A DNA stretch of 64,000 nt. Source: Lachnospiraceae bacterium (GTDB lineage Bacteria; Bacillota; Clostridia; Lachnospirales; Lachnospiraceae). Of this stretch, positions 18,267 to 28,510 are shown in pieces. Each line of letters begins with the position of its first letter. The first letter of the stretch is position 1. The stretch spans positions 164,063-228,062 of the forward strand of contig JAGBCB010000010.1 in NCBI GenBank assembly GCA_017938145.1. The letters run 5' to 3'. The notes under the pieces were generated by a model that worked only from the letters and a program-made list of their open reading frames with translations, was not told the origin of the DNA and searched no databases. Both the position numbers and the translations under genes were made by a program.

Positions 18267-19409
18267 ATGAAACATATTTCTATTCTTGGTTCTACCGGTT
18301 CCATCGGAACACAAACATTAGATGTGGTAAGGACTAATTGTGATATTTGCGTGGAAGCACTGGCGGCCGGAAGAAATATCGGTTTGTTATTAGAACAGAT
18401 AAAAGAATTTCAGCCAAAGCTGGTTTGTGTGTTCGATGCTGATAAAGCTAAAGAACTGGAAGAAATAACAAAAAAAGAGCAACTTCATGTGGAAATTACT
18501 TCAGGAATGGAAGGCTTGCTTGCTTGTGCAACAATTTCATCGGCACAAATGGTGGTAACAGCGTTTGTCGGAATGATTGGCATCCGTCCGACCATTGAAG
18601 CAATTAAAGCAGGCAAACATATTGCATTGGCAAACAAAGAAACTTTGGTTACTGCCGGTCACATTATTATGCCGCTTGCAAAAAAGATGGGAGTATCCAT
18701 TTTGCCTGTAGATAGTGAACATTCTGCAATTTTCCAGTCCTTACAAGGAAATGCCGGAAATAAATATAACCGTATTTTGCTTACGGCGTCCGGTGGTCCG
18801 TTCCGTGGCAAAACAAAGGAAGAGTTAAAAAAAGTACATGTAGAAGATGCATTGAAGCATCCGAACTGGTCCATGGGAAGAAAAATCACCATAGATTCTT
18901 CTACATTAGTTAATAAAGGCTTGGAAGTAATCGAAGCAAAGTGGCTGTTTGATGCAGAGGCAAGTCAGATTGAGGTTGTAGTGCATCCGCAGAGTATTAT
19001 CCATTCCATGATTGAATATGAAGACGGAGCAGTAATTGCACAGCTCGGAACCCCGGACATGAAGCTTCCGATTCAGTATGCCCTTTATTATCCGGAACGA
19101 AAAGGACCAACATCGCCAAGATTGGATTTTACAAAACTTCGTGCTCTGGAGTTTTATGAACCGGATACAGAAGTTTTTCCGGCGCTTTCTATGGCATATG
19201 AGGCACTTCATACCGGTGGCACCATGCCAACGGTGTATAATGCCGCAAATGAGTGGTCTGTGGCAGCATTTTTAGACAGAAAAATCGGTTATACCGAGAT
19301 TGTTGAAAATATCCGTAAAGAGATGGAGGCGCATAAGGTAATAGCTAATCCTTCTTTAGAAGATATTTTAGAAACCGAAGCAAAAGTATATCAACGGCTG
19401 AATCGGTAA
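18267..19409 (+). CDS. dxr: 1-deoxy-D-xylulose 5-phosphate reductoisomerase
   Basis: ILGSTGSIGTQTLDV, ALANKETLV and DSEHSAIFQ motifs. Confidence 0.95.
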   Translation: MKHISILGSTGSIGTQTLDVVRTNCDICVEALAAGRNIGLLLEQIKEFQPKLVCVFDADKAKELEEITKKEQLHVEITSGMEGLLACATISSAQMVVTAFVGMIGIRPTIEAIKAGKHIALANKETLVTAGHIIMPLAKKMGVSILPVDSEHSAIFQSLQGNAGNKYNRILLTASGGPFRGKTKEELKKVHVEDALKHPNWSMGRKITIDSSTLVNKGLEVIEAKWLFDAEASQIEVVVHPQSIIHSMIEYEDGAVIAQLGTPDMKLPIQYALYYPERKGPTSPRLDFTKLRALEFYEPDTEVFPALSMAYEALHTGGTMPTVYNAANEWSVAAFLDRKIGYTEIVENIRKEMEAHKVIANPSLEDILETEAKVYQRLNR

Positions 19410-19452
19410 AGACTTGCATATATAGGGCATAGCCCGGACAGAAAGGATTTTT

Positions 19453-20775
19453 ATGAGTATTATTGTTGCAATTTTAGTTTTTAGTATTATTATCATCATT
19501 CATGAGCTTGGTCATTTTCTTCTGGCTAAGAAAAACGGAATCGGTGTTGTAGAGTTTTCCATCGGACTGGGACCTACCATATGGGGAATTCAGAAGGGAG
19601 AAACAAAATTTTCTATTAAGCTTCTTCCTTTTGGCGGATTATGCCAGATGGTTGGAGAGGATACCGATCAGAATACAATTGCAGAAAATGCTTTTTATTC
19701 TAAAGGTGTTTGGCAAAGATTTTCCGTTGTTTTTGCCGGTCCGTTTTTTAACTTTATTTTAGCATTTGTTCTTTCCTTGTTTGTAATCGGATTTGTCGGC
19801 TATGATGCTCCGACGGTTGCCTCCGTAATTTCAGGTTCTCCAGCTGATAAAGCGGGACTTCAGGTGGGGGATACCATTAAAAAAATTGGTGGAGATAAGG
19901 TGTCTATCGGTAGAGAAGTGGATTCCTATTTCCTATATAATGAATTAACTGCCAAGCCGATTGAAGTGATCTATGAAAGAAACGGAGAAAAGAATTCTAC
20001 AACAATAGAACCTGCACTTACCAAACAATATTTGCTTGGCTTCAGTTATTATCCGAATGCAGACAGTGTTGCGGAAATATCCACGGTTACTGAAAATTTT
20101 CCGATGCATCAGGCTGGACTTGTTCCGGGAGATGTGATTACTCATATTAACGGAAATAAGGTTTCTAACGGTGCGGAATTATCTGCATATATGGATGCAC
20201 ACCCACTGGATGGTTCTGTTGTTTCTGTAACTTACGACAGAAAAACGGAATTCGGGAACTGGCTGTCTACAACTGTAGAAATTACTCCTCAATTATATCA
20301 GGAGGCTTATAGCGTAGGTTTTTCCTATAATCTTGTCAGAGAAAAAACAGGTGTATTACAAACTTTAAAATACAGTGTAATTGAAGTAAAGTATTGGATT
20401 GTAACCACAGTTAAAAACCTTGGTTTATTGGTTACAGGCAAGCTCAGCTCCAACGATGTGGGTGGACCTGTTGCGATTATCGGTACTATCGGAGATGTGT
20501 ATGAGCAGACTTCCGAGCAGGGTAATGCCTTAGATGTAGTTCTTCAAATGGCATATATCACAATTTTACTCAGTGCAAATCTTGGTGTTATGAATCTGCT
20601 TCCGATTCCTGCCTTGGACGGTGGTAAGCTTTTATTTACCTTAATTGAGGCAGTTCGAGGCAAACCAATTGACCGTGAAAAAGAAGGTTTGGTACATTTA
20701 ATCGGTATGGTACTGTTAATGCTTTTGATGGTATTTATTTTCTTTAATGATATTAAAAATGTTTTCTTTAAATAA
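19453..20775 (+). CDS. rseP: RIP metalloprotease RseP/RasP (M50 family)
   Basis: HELGH in the first TM helix, PDZ-like central region, and NLLPIPALDGG motif. Confidence 0.92.
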   Translation: MSIIVAILVFSIIIIIHELGHFLLAKKNGIGVVEFSIGLGPTIWGIQKGETKFSIKLLPFGGLCQMVGEDTDQNTIAENAFYSKGVWQRFSVVFAGPFFNFILAFVLSLFVIGFVGYDAPTVASVISGSPADKAGLQVGDTIKKIGGDKVSIGREVDSYFLYNELTAKPIEVIYERNGEKNSTTIEPALTKQYLLGFSYYPNADSVAEISTVTENFPMHQAGLVPGDVITHINGNKVSNGAELSAYMDAHPLDGSVVSVTYDRKTEFGNWLSTTVEITPQLYQEAYSVGFSYNLVREKTGVLQTLKYSVIEVKYWIVTTVKNLGLLVTGKLSSNDVGGPVAIIGTIGDVYEQTSEQGNALDVVLQMAYITILLSANLGVMNLLPIPALDGGKLLFTLIEAVRGKPIDREKEGLVHLIGMVLLMLLMVFIFFNDIKNVFFK

Positions 20776-20802
20776 TTATTTGTAAAGAAAGAGGCTTATC
20801 CT

Positions 20803-21876
20803 ATGGGCTGGTTGACAGAAAATAAAAATAGAAGAATTTCAAAAGAAGTAAAAATCGGGAATGTATGGATTGGAGGCAGTCATCCGATTGCCATCCAGTC
20901 CATGACTAATACAAAAACAGAGGATGTAGATGCTACCGTAAAGCAGATTCTAGCCCTGGAAGCTGCAGGCTGTGAAATTATTCGCTGTGCGGCTCCTACC
21001 ATGGAGGCAGCTCAGGCTTTTAAAGAAATCAAGAAACAAATACATATTCCTCTTGTGGCAGATATTCATTTTGATTATCGTTTGGCTATTGCAGCTATGG
21101 AAAACGGTGCGGATAAAGTCCGTATTAACCCCGGTAATATCGGTTCCACTGATAAAATCAAAGCGGTTGTGGATGTAGCAAGAGAACGTGACATTCCTCT
21201 TCGTGTAGGGGTAAATTCCGGTTCCCTGGAAAAGCATTTGATAGAAAAATACGGTGGCGTTACAGCGGAAGGCTTAGTAGAAAGTGCTCTGCATCAGGCA
21301 GAACTGATAGAAGATATGGGGTATGATAATTTAGTTATCAGTATTAAATCCTCCGATGTATTAATGTGTGTAAAAGCGCATGAGCTTATTGCTAGCAAAA
21401 CAAACTATCCGTTGCATGTTGGAATTACGGAGTCCGGTACCGTAACCTCCGGAAATATCAAATCCTCCATTGGACTGTCTTTAATTTTAGGACAAGGCAT
21501 CGGAGATACTATCCGTGTATCTTTAACTGCAGATCCGGTAGAAGAAATTGCCTCAGCAAAGCAGATTTTAAAAACATTAGGCCTTCGTAAAGGCGGTATT
21601 GAAGTGGTTTCCTGCCCAACCTGCGGCCGGACAAGAATTGATTTAATCAGACTGGCGAAACAAGTGGAAGAACTGGTAAAAAATTATCCACTGGACATTA
21701 AGGTTGCAGTTATGGGCTGTGTAGTAAACGGTCCGGGAGAAGCACGAGAAGCAGACCTTGGCGTTGCCGGAGGCATTGGAGAAGGTCTTATTATAAAAAA
21801 AGGAGAAATTCTCCGCAAAGTTAAGGAAGAAGATCTTTTATCAGAGCTCAAAGGTGAGCTTGATAGAATGTTATAA
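20803..21876 (+). CDS. ispG: 4-hydroxy-3-methylbut-2-en-1-yl diphosphate synthase
   Basis: IAIQSMTNT, VSCPTCGR and GCVVNGPGE motifs. Confidence 0.95.
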   Translation: MGWLTENKNRRISKEVKIGNVWIGGSHPIAIQSMTNTKTEDVDATVKQILALEAAGCEIIRCAAPTMEAAQAFKEIKKQIHIPLVADIHFDYRLAIAAMENGADKVRINPGNIGSTDKIKAVVDVARERDIPLRVGVNSGSLEKHLIEKYGGVTAEGLVESALHQAELIEDMGYDNLVISIKSSDVLMCVKAHELIASKTNYPLHVGITESGTVTSGNIKSSIGLSLILGQGIGDTIRVSLTADPVEEIASAKQILKTLGLRKGGIEVVSCPTCGRTRIDLIRLAKQVEELVKNYPLDIKVAVMGCVVNGPGEAREADLGVAGGIGEGLIIKKGEILRKVKEEDLLSELKGELDRML

Positions 21877-21892
21877 AGTAAGGTGAGAGTCA

Positions 21893-24800
21893 TTGAATTT
21901 ATTTGAAGTATTTGAAGAAGTTCATGTTAAGCCGGATTTAGAGAATGTATTCCGTGATGTAGAAGTAGAAAAAGTAACAGCTTCCCGAAGTACCGGACGC
22001 ACAGTAATACATTTAAAGGCGAAACGTTTAATTGAATTTCATGATCTGACAGAAATGGAAGCAGCATTAACTGCGCAGTTTTTCAGCAGAGTGGGTCAAA
22101 AGGTAGAACTTTCTGCAAAATACCAGTTGTCCGGTCAGTATAATCCAAAATCCTTGTGGGATTTATATGAAGAGAGCGTTATAGAAGAAGTAGGAAAAGA
22201 GAGCCGTATGGCCTCTTTTCTTTTAAAAAGTGCAGGAATATCCTTTGATATGGAAAACAATCCTGCCAGAATGGTTCTGGACGTTGAGGATACCTTTGTA
22301 AACCGTACATTAGTGGCTGAATTAAAAACTTTTTTAGAAACTATGTATGAAAAGCGGTTTGGTTTTCAAGTTCATGTGGAAGCAGAATACCATGAGCCTG
22401 CGGAAAAAAAGAAGAATTCAGAACCGGTAAATTACGTGGTGGAATCCTTAAGTAAAGATAATTCTACAAAAGTAGACTATAATGCATCGACAGATTCAAT
22501 AGAGAATAAAACCCTAGCTAAAAAGGCGGAACAAAAACCTGCTGCCAAAGCGGAAAATAAGAAAGACGGCAACTATTTTAACAAAGAGAAAAAAGATTTT
22601 TCCAAATACGTTAAGAAGAAATTACCGGATGACCCGGATATTTTCTATGGTCACGCCTTTGATGGTGAGGTAACGCCGCTTTGTGAGATTCAGGACGAAA
22701 TCGGTGAAGTTGTTGTTTACGGAAAAATTTTGAATGTAGAAGAAACTGCCATGAAAAACGGTGAAAAGTTGATTATTAAATTCAGCTTTACCGATTTGAC
22801 CGATACCATTTCAGGAAAGCTTTTTGTTCGTAACGAAGAATGGGACGGAGACCCGGAAAGCGAAGATGATAGACTTAAGGAAGGCTTAAAAAAGAAGCTT
22901 TCTAAAGGTACCTGTATCCGGTTAAAGGGTATGGCAATGTTTGACCGTTTTGATAAAGAAATCGGCATTGCTTCCATTGCGGGAATTAAGACGATTCCGA
23001 ACTTTATTAAGAAACGTAAGGATTCCTATGCCGGTGAAAAGCGTGTGGAATTGCATGCCCATACCACAATGAGTGATATGGATGCTGTAGTAGATGCAAA
23101 AACGTTGATTAAAACCGCATTTGAATGGGGACATCCCGGAATTGCTATCACAGACCATGGTGTGGTTCAGGCATTCCCGGAAGCCAATCATGCCCTAAAT
23201 CCGAAGGATTATAAGGATGACGAAGAAAAAATGCAGCGTGCCAAGGATTTTAAAATCTTATATGGCATGGAAGCATATCTGGTAGACGATGTAGAAGAAA
23301 TCGTAAAAAAAGACAAGGGTCAGACTTTAGATGTGGCAAGTGTTGTCTTCGATATTGAAACCACGGGTTTTGATAAAGAAAACGATAAAATCATTGAAAT
23401 CGGTGCAGTAAAGGTGGTGAACGGAGAGATTACCGACCGGTATTCTACCTTTATCAATCCTAAGGTTCCGATTCCTGCAAGAATTGAAGAACTGACTCAT
23501 ATTTCCGATGAAATGGTTATGGATTCTCCGGAAATTGATGTAATTTTGCCTCAGTTTTTAGATTTTTGTAAAGATTGTATCCTGGTTGCCCATAATGCAT
23601 CTTTTGATACCGGTTTTATCCGTAATAAAGCAGAAAAACTTGGCTTACCGTTTGATTTTACCATTGTGGATACGGTGGGGTTGGCAAGAATTTTGCTGCC
23701 TGGACTTAGTAAATATAAACTGAATATTGTAGCGAAGGAACTTGGAATTTCTTTAGAGAATCACCACCGTGCGGTGGATGATGCAGGCGCAACTGCAGAG
23801 ATTTATGTAAAGTTTATTGCTATGTTAAAGGAGAAGGAAATCACAACACTTTCCGGCATTCAGGAAAATGCAAGGCTGTCTGCTGATGTTATAAAAAAGA
23901 TGCCTTCCTATCATTGTATTCTGATTTGTAAAAACGATGTGGGCCGTGTTAATCTTTATAAAATGGTTTCCTTGTCCCATCTGGAGTATTACAACAGAAG
24001 ACCGCGAATTCCAAAAAGTCTGCTTATGGAATGCAGAGAAGGAATTTTAGTCGGATCTGCTTGTGAAGCGGGAGAATTGTACCAGGCACTTCTTAAAAAT
24101 GAGTCCATGGATGAGGTTACCAGATTGTGCGAATTCTATGATTACTATGAAATCCAGCCGTTGGGAAATAACCGGTTCATGATTGACCAATATGATAAAA
24201 AGACCCAGGAAAAATCTTTTCCGAATATTAATTCCGATTTGGACTTACAAGAAATCAATAAACGTATTGTAAAACTGGGAGAGCAGTTTAACAAGCTGGT
24301 TGTTGCTACCTGTGACGTGCATTTCCTAAATCCGGAGGATGAAGTGTACCGCCGTATTATTATGTCTTGTAAAGGTTTTGATGATGCAGATAATCAGGCG
24401 CCGTTATTTCTTCGTACTACTGAGGAGATGCTGGCAGAGTTTACCTATCTCGGGGAAGAAAAGTGTTACGAGGTTGTAGTAGAAAATACGAGAAAAATTT
24501 TTGATATGGTGGAAAAAATTTCTCCGGTTCGTCCGGATAAATGTCCGCCGGTTATTGAAAATTCCGATGAAACACTTCGAACCATTTGTTATAATACGGC
24601 TCATTCCATGTATGGCGACCCGTTACCTGAAATTGTAAAGGACCGTTTGGAAAGAGAATTAAATTCCATTATCAGTAACGGTTTTGCCGTAATGTACATC
24701 ATTGCACAGAAGCTGGTATGGAAGTCTAATGAAGACGGATATCTGGTAGGTTCCCGAGGTTCCGTAGGTTCCTCCTTTGCAGCTACCATGTCCGGTATTA

Positions 24801-26455
24801 CGGAAGTAAATCCGTTGCCGGCACATTATTATTGCCCGGAATGTTTCTTCTCGGATTTTGAGTCTGAGGAAGTAAAAGACTTCCAAAAACGAGGTGTGTG
24901 CGGCTGTGACATGCCGGACCGTATTTGTCCGAAGTGCGGCAAACCTCTTAAAAAAGACGGTTCGGATATTCCGTTTGAAACCTTCCTTGGTTTCTATGGT
25001 GATAAAGAACCGGATATCGACTTAAACTTCTCCGGTGAATACCAGAGTAAGGCTCACGAGTATACCGAAGTTATTTTTGGTAAGGGGCAAACCTTCCGTG
25101 CAGGAACTATCGGTACTTTGGCGGATAAAACAGCCTATGGTTATGTGCTAAAATATGATGAAGAACATGGCGTCCAGCACAGAAGAGCAGAAATCGAACG
25201 TATCGCTTCCGGCTGTGTCGGAGTACGCCGTACCACAGGTCAGCATCCGGGCGGAATTATTGTTCTTCCGATTGGCGAAGAAATTTATTCTTTCACACCG
25301 GTGCAGCATCCGGCAAACGATATGACGGTTGCTACGGTTACCACGCACTTTGATTACCATTCCATTGACCACAACCTGTTAAAACTTGATATTCTCGGGC
25401 ACGATGATCCTACCATGATCCGGCGTCTGGAGGATTTAACCGGTTTGGATGCAAAGACCATTCCAATGGATGACCAGAAGGTAATTTCGCTATTCAGCAG
25501 CACGGAAGCGTTAGGAATTACGCCGGCTGATATCGGCGGCTGTGACCTAGGAAGTCTTGGATTACCGGAGCTTGGTACAAACTTTGTTATGCAGATGCTT
25601 CGTGAAACAAAGCCGAAGAACTTCTCTGACATGATTCGTATTTCCGGTTTGTCCCATGGTACCGACGTTTGGACCAATAATGCCCAGACTCTCATTAACG
25701 AGGGTACCTGTACGCTGGAAAGTGCCATTTGTACCCGAGATGATATTATGACGTTCCTGATTTATCAAGGGGTAGAAAAAGGTCTTGCCTTCAAGATTAT
25801 GGAGAGTGTTCGTAAGGGTAAAGGTTTGACCGAAGAGATGGAAACTGCCATGCTGGAAAAGGGAATTCCGGATTGGTATATCTGGTCCTGTAAGCGTATT
25901 AAGTACATGTTCCCGAAAGCCCATGCCTGTGCCTACGTAATGATGGCGTTCCGCGTGGCGTATTTTAAAGTATATTATCCTCTTGCCTATTATGCAGCAT
26001 ATTTCGGTATTCGTGCTTCGGCGTTTAACTATGAACTTATGTGTCTGGGTAAGGCTGCACTGGAACGTAATATGAAAGAAATTAAGGGACGAATGGAACG
26101 CAAAGAGGCTTCCCAGAAGGAAGAGGCAACCTACGAAAACATGCGCCTTGTACAGGAAATGTACGCCAGAGGCTTTGATTTCATGCCGATTGATATTTTT
26201 AAAGTAAAAGCTCATGAGTTCCAGATTATCGACGGTAAGCTTATGCCTGCTCTGGATACCATTGACGGTCTCGGAGAAAAGGCGGCAGACTTAATTGTAG
26301 AAGCGGTAAAAGACGGAGAATTTTTGTCCCGTGATGACTTTAAAAACCGCTGTAAGGTAAGCCAGACCATCACCGATAAAATGGGAGAACTTGGGCTCCT
26401 TGGAGATATTCCGGCTTCTAACCAAATGTCCTTAATGGATTTGTTTCAGATGTAG
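21893..26455 (+). CDS. polC: DNA polymerase III PolC-type (Gram-positive replicative polymerase)
   Basis: 1520 aa. TTG start 3 nt after AAGGTGAGAG. PHP motif HAHTTMSDMD, exonuclease motifs VVFDIETTG / HNASFD / HRAVDDA, zinc module CPECF...CPKCG, and polymerase core. Confidence 0.97.
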   Translation: MNLFEVFEEVHVKPDLENVFRDVEVEKVTASRSTGRTVIHLKAKRLIEFHDLTEMEAALTAQFFSRVGQKVELSAKYQLSGQYNPKSLWDLYEESVIEEVGKESRMASFLLKSAGISFDMENNPARMVLDVEDTFVNRTLVAELKTFLETMYEKRFGFQVHVEAEYHEPAEKKKNSEPVNYVVESLSKDNSTKVDYNASTDSIENKTLAKKAEQKPAAKAENKKDGNYFNKEKKDFSKYVKKKLPDDPDIFYGHAFDGEVTPLCEIQDEIGEVVVYGKILNVEETAMKNGEKLIIKFSFTDLTDTISGKLFVRNEEWDGDPESEDDRLKEGLKKKLSKGTCIRLKGMAMFDRFDKEIGIASIAGIKTIPNFIKKRKDSYAGEKRVELHAHTTMSDMDAVVDAKTLIKTAFEWGHPGIAITDHGVVQAFPEANHALNPKDYKDDEEKMQRAKDFKILYGMEAYLVDDVEEIVKKDKGQTLDVASVVFDIETTGFDKENDKIIEIGAVKVVNGEITDRYSTFINPKVPIPARIEELTHISDEMVMDSPEIDVILPQFLDFCKDCILVAHNASFDTGFIRNKAEKLGLPFDFTIVDTVGLARILLPGLSKYKLNIVAKELGISLENHHRAVDDAGATAEIYVKFIAMLKEKEITTLSGIQENARLSADVIKKMPSYHCILICKNDVGRVNLYKMVSLSHLEYYNRRPRIPKSLLMECREGILVGSACEAGELYQALLKNESMDEVTRLCEFYDYYEIQPLGNNRFMIDQYDKKTQEKSFPNINSDLDLQEINKRIVKLGEQFNKLVVATCDVHFLNPEDEVYRRIIMSCKGFDDADNQAPLFLRTTEEMLAEFTYLGEEKCYEVVVENTRKIFDMVEKISPVRPDKCPPVIENSDETLRTICYNTAHSMYGDPLPEIVKDRLERELNSIISNGFAVMYIIAQKLVWKSNEDGYLVGSRGSVGSSFAATMSGITEVNPLPAHYYCPECFFSDFESEEVKDFQKRGVCGCDMPDRICPKCGKPLKKDGSDIPFETFLGFYGDKEPDIDLNFSGEYQSKAHEYTEVIFGKGQTFRAGTIGTLADKTAYGYVLKYDEEHGVQHRRAEIERIASGCVGVRRTTGQHPGGIIVLPIGEEIYSFTPVQHPANDMTVATVTTHFDYHSIDHNLLKLDILGHDDPTMIRRLEDLTGLDAKTIPMDDQKVISLFSSTEALGITPADIGGCDLGSLGLPELGTNFVMQMLRETKPKNFSDMIRISGLSHGTDVWTNNAQTLINEGTCTLESAICTRDDIMTFLIYQGVEKGLAFKIMESVRKGKGLTEEMETAMLEKGIPDWYIWSCKRIKYMFPKAHACAYVMMAFRVAYFKVYYPLAYYAAYFGIRASAFNYELMCLGKAALERNMKEIKGRMERKEASQKEEATYENMRLVQEMYARGFDFMPIDIFKVKAHEFQIIDGKLMPALDTIDGLGEKAADLIVEAVKDGEFLSRDDFKNRCKVSQTITDKMGELGLLGDIPASNQMSLMDLFQM

Positions 26456-26486
26456 AAACATTTGAAAAAATTTAAAGAAAAAGTGC

Positions 26487-26515
26487 TTGACTTTTTATGG
26501 TGGATAGTGTATATT
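26487..26515 (+). promoter_or_regulatory. Near-consensus sigma-A promoter of the tRNA gene
   Basis: TTGACT, 17 nt spacer, TATATT, with TG upstream of the -10. Confidence 0.65.
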
Positions 26516-26558
26516 ATGTCTTGTTCACTGAAACAAGCGTAATATATGCTGTCTATAT

Positions 26559-26630
26559 GGCTCGTTGGTCAAGCGGTTAAGACGTCGCCCTCTCACGGCG
26601 AAAACAGGGGTTCGATTCCCCTACGAGCTG
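26559..26630 (+). tRNA. tRNA-Glu, anticodon CUC; no CCA encoded
   Basis: Hand-folded cloverleaf. Acceptor GGCTCGT/ACGAGCT, D-arm GGTCAAGCGGTTAAGAC (Glu-type), anticodon stem TCGCC/GGCGA with loop CTCTCAC, T-arm AGGGG-TTCGATT-CCCCT, discriminator G. Confidence 0.88.
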
Positions 26631-26654
26631 CTAACTGTTTTTATAAACAGCCCA

Positions 26655-26700
26655 ACCCGAAAAGGTGCTCGAAACCAAATGGTTTCGGGTATTTTTTTTA
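26655..26700 (+). terminator. Rho-independent terminator after tRNA-Glu
   Basis: CGAAACC-AAAT-GGTTTCG, extendable with ACCCGAAA/TTTCGGGT, followed by TATTTTTTTT. Confidence 0.8.
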
Positions 26701-26810
26701 CTTTTTTTGTGCAGTGTAATATTTCTACTAATACAGATATTTCATACATTGCTTTTTTATGAAAAAAATAGTAAAATATTATGTAATATTATTTCGAGGA
26801 TGATTTGGAT

Positions 26811-28082
26811 ATGAGACGTGGCGGAAGAGTAATAATTATACTATTTTTATTGACTCTGTTAATTGGCGGAGTATCATTTTGTCTTTCTTATGAAGAGAAG
26901 CATCAGCAAAATAAGATGACGGATTTGATTGGGGAACAATCCGGTGTTACGGTAAATATACAAGCTGAAAGCAGTTCATCGCCAACCAACACACCTACTG
27001 TTACACCAACGATGACTCCAACACCATCGCCAACCAATACGCCAACGCCAACTCCTACAAATACACCAACCCCAACGCCGAGTCCAACTCCAAGTCCTAC
27101 ACCGACGCCTGTGGTAATTGACATTACAATCAGTGCTGCCGGCGATGTTACTTTGGGAGTGAATCAAAAACAAAAATACAAAGGTTCTTTTGATGAATAC
27201 TATGACATATACGGTGAAGATTATTTTCTGGAAGCAGTAACGGATGTTTTTTCTGTGGATGATTTTACCATAGTTAATCTGGAAGGTGTTTTAACAAACT
27301 CCGATAATATCCGTACGACGAAAGAATGGAATATGAGAGGCCGGCCGGAATATGCAAGAATCCTTCAAAATGCTTCCGTAGAGGCAGTTAGTTTGGGCAA
27401 CAACCACATTATGGATTATCAATGGGAAGGCGTTAACGATACCTTTCAAAATGTCACAGAACATGGTATGGAATATGCCATCAGCAGTCCATGGGGTGAT
27501 AAATACGGAATGTATGAAACTTCCAAAGGAATTAAAATCGGCTTTGTTTCCGTGAATGAATATTACGACGGAAAGAATGTTTATAAATGGTTGGAAGAAG
27601 GTTATCATGAGCTGCGGGAACAGGGAGCAGATTTGATGCTTGCCTGCATGCACTGGGGCGGTGATAAAGTATATGAACCGGAACCGGAGCAGACAGCGCT
27701 CGGCCACTGGCTGGTAGATTTGGGTTATAATCTGGTATTGGGCTGCCATCCACATGTAATTCAAGGCATTGAGTATTATAATGGCGCCTATATTGTGCAC
27801 AGCATGGGAAATTTCTGTTACGGAGGAAGCTTAAATCCTTCCGATAAGGATTCCATGATATTTCAGCAGAAATTTACCTTTGTAGATGGTGTTTTACAGG
27901 AAGAAACACGAATCCGTGCCATTCCGTGCCGCTTGTCATCCATTGATTGGAGAAATGATTTCCGTCCGATGTTGCTTGACGGAGAGAAAGCAAAAGAATG
28001 GGTATCCCATCTAAATCAATATTCGGAACGATATGGTCTTGTATTTAACGAAGAAGGCTATTTGATGTCTACAGAAGAATAA
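26811..28082 (+). CDS. CapA-family (PGA_cap metallophosphatase-like) membrane-anchored protein
   Basis: TM helix, Pro/Thr linker, then ISAAGDVTLG, SLGNNHIMDY, ACMHWGGD, GCHPHVIQG and HSMGNFCYGG. The ATG at 26811 has better RBS spacing than the TTG at 26805. Confidence 0.8.
   Translation: MRRGGRVIIILFLLTLLIGGVSFCLSYEEKHQQNKMTDLIGEQSGVTVNIQAESSSSPTNTPTVTPTMTPTPSPTNTPTPTPTNTPTPTPSPTPSPTPTPVVIDITISAAGDVTLGVNQKQKYKGSFDEYYDIYGEDYFLEAVTDVFSVDDFTIVNLEGVLTNSDNIRTTKEWNMRGRPEYARILQNASVEAVSLGNNHIMDYQWEGVNDTFQNVTEHGMEYAISSPWGDKYGMYETSKGIKIGFVSVNEYYDGKNVYKWLEEGYHELREQGADLMLACMHWGGDKVYEPEPEQTALGHWLVDLGYNLVLGCHPHVIQGIEYYNGAYIVHSMGNFCYGGSLNPSDKDSMIFQQKFTFVDGVLQEETRIRAIPCRLSSIDWRNDFRPMLLDGEKAKEWVSHLNQYSERYGLVFNEEGYLMSTEE
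26982..27110 (+). repeat. Pro/Thr/Ser-rich low-complexity coding repeat (linker) inside the CapA-family gene
   Basis: Encodes PTNTPTVTPTMTPTPSPTNTPTPTPTNTPTPTPSPTPSPTPTP. Confidence 0.9.
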
Positions 28083-28092
28083 GAAAAGGAGA

Positions 28093-28491
28093 ATGAATCG
28101 TATGTTATGGAGAGAAAGAAAACGTATCTGGTGTGGTCTGCCTTGGACTTTTACCGTGTATAGCTTTGACGAAGAACGTATTTTTGTTGATACCGGATTC
28201 TTCAACAAGCGTCAGGATGAAATCCGTATGTATCGGGTATTAGATATTACGGTGACAAGAAAGTTCGGACAGAGAATTTTCGGCATGGGCAGCATCCATT
28301 TAAAAACCTCCGATAAAACTATGGGTGATTTTGAAATTAAGAATATCAAGAAAGTTATGGATGTAAAGATGCAGCTTTCCGATTTAATCGAGGCAAACAG
28401 GGAAAAGAAACGTATTACCGGTCGTGAGTTTATGACCAGTGGCGGTGAGACGGATTTCGAGCTTCCGGATGATGGTTTAGACGAAGAATAA
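28093..28491 (+). CDS. Bacterial PH-domain (bPH2/YdbS-like) protein
   Basis: The FVDTGFFNKRQDEIRMYRVLDITVTRKFGQRIFGMGSIHLKTSD pattern is typical of bPH2 domains. An alternative ATG lies at 28102. Confidence 0.6.
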   Translation: MNRMLWRERKRIWCGLPWTFTVYSFDEERIFVDTGFFNKRQDEIRMYRVLDITVTRKFGQRIFGMGSIHLKTSDKTMGDFEIKNIKKVMDVKMQLSDLIEANREKKRITGREFMTSGGETDFELPDDGLDEE

Positions 28492-28510
28492 ACGAAAGAG
28501 AGTTATTTCT

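Noticed and set aside
21893-22700. Lys-rich low-complexity insertion in the PolC N-terminal region, which makes the protein 1520 aa. Considered as a possible intein or a foreign insertion.
   Set aside because: There are no intein splice motifs (no Cys/Ser...HN-Cys junctions). The segment lies in the variable linker between the N-terminal domain and the OB fold, where clostridial PolC proteins commonly vary.
25562-26215. 217-aa minus-strand ORF inside polC, plus a similar 124-aa ORF at 25354-25728.
   Set aside because: It is antisense to the highly conserved PolC polymerase core and has no recognisable motifs or translation signals.
26565-26762. 65-aa + strand ORF MVKRLRRRPLTAKTG...
   Set aside because: It is simply a translation of tRNA-Glu and its terminator.
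26982-27110. Repetitive Pro/Thr-coding DNA here and at 29358-29543, considered as a possible CRISPR array or contingency locus.
   Set aside because: The repeats are in-frame coding linkers with no spacer architecture, and there are no cas genes. There are also no homopolymer or short-unit tracts of the kind that drive phase variation.
27291-27800. 169-aa minus-strand ORF inside the CapA-family gene. The same applies to 33618-34121 (-) inside alaS.
   Set aside because: These are shadow ORFs opposite well-supported genes.
26811-28082. CapA-family gene as part of a poly-gamma-glutamate capsule locus.
   Set aside because: No CapB/CapC (PgsB/PgsC) genes are adjacent. Stand-alone CapA-like metallophosphatases are common and are not diagnostic of PGA synthesis.
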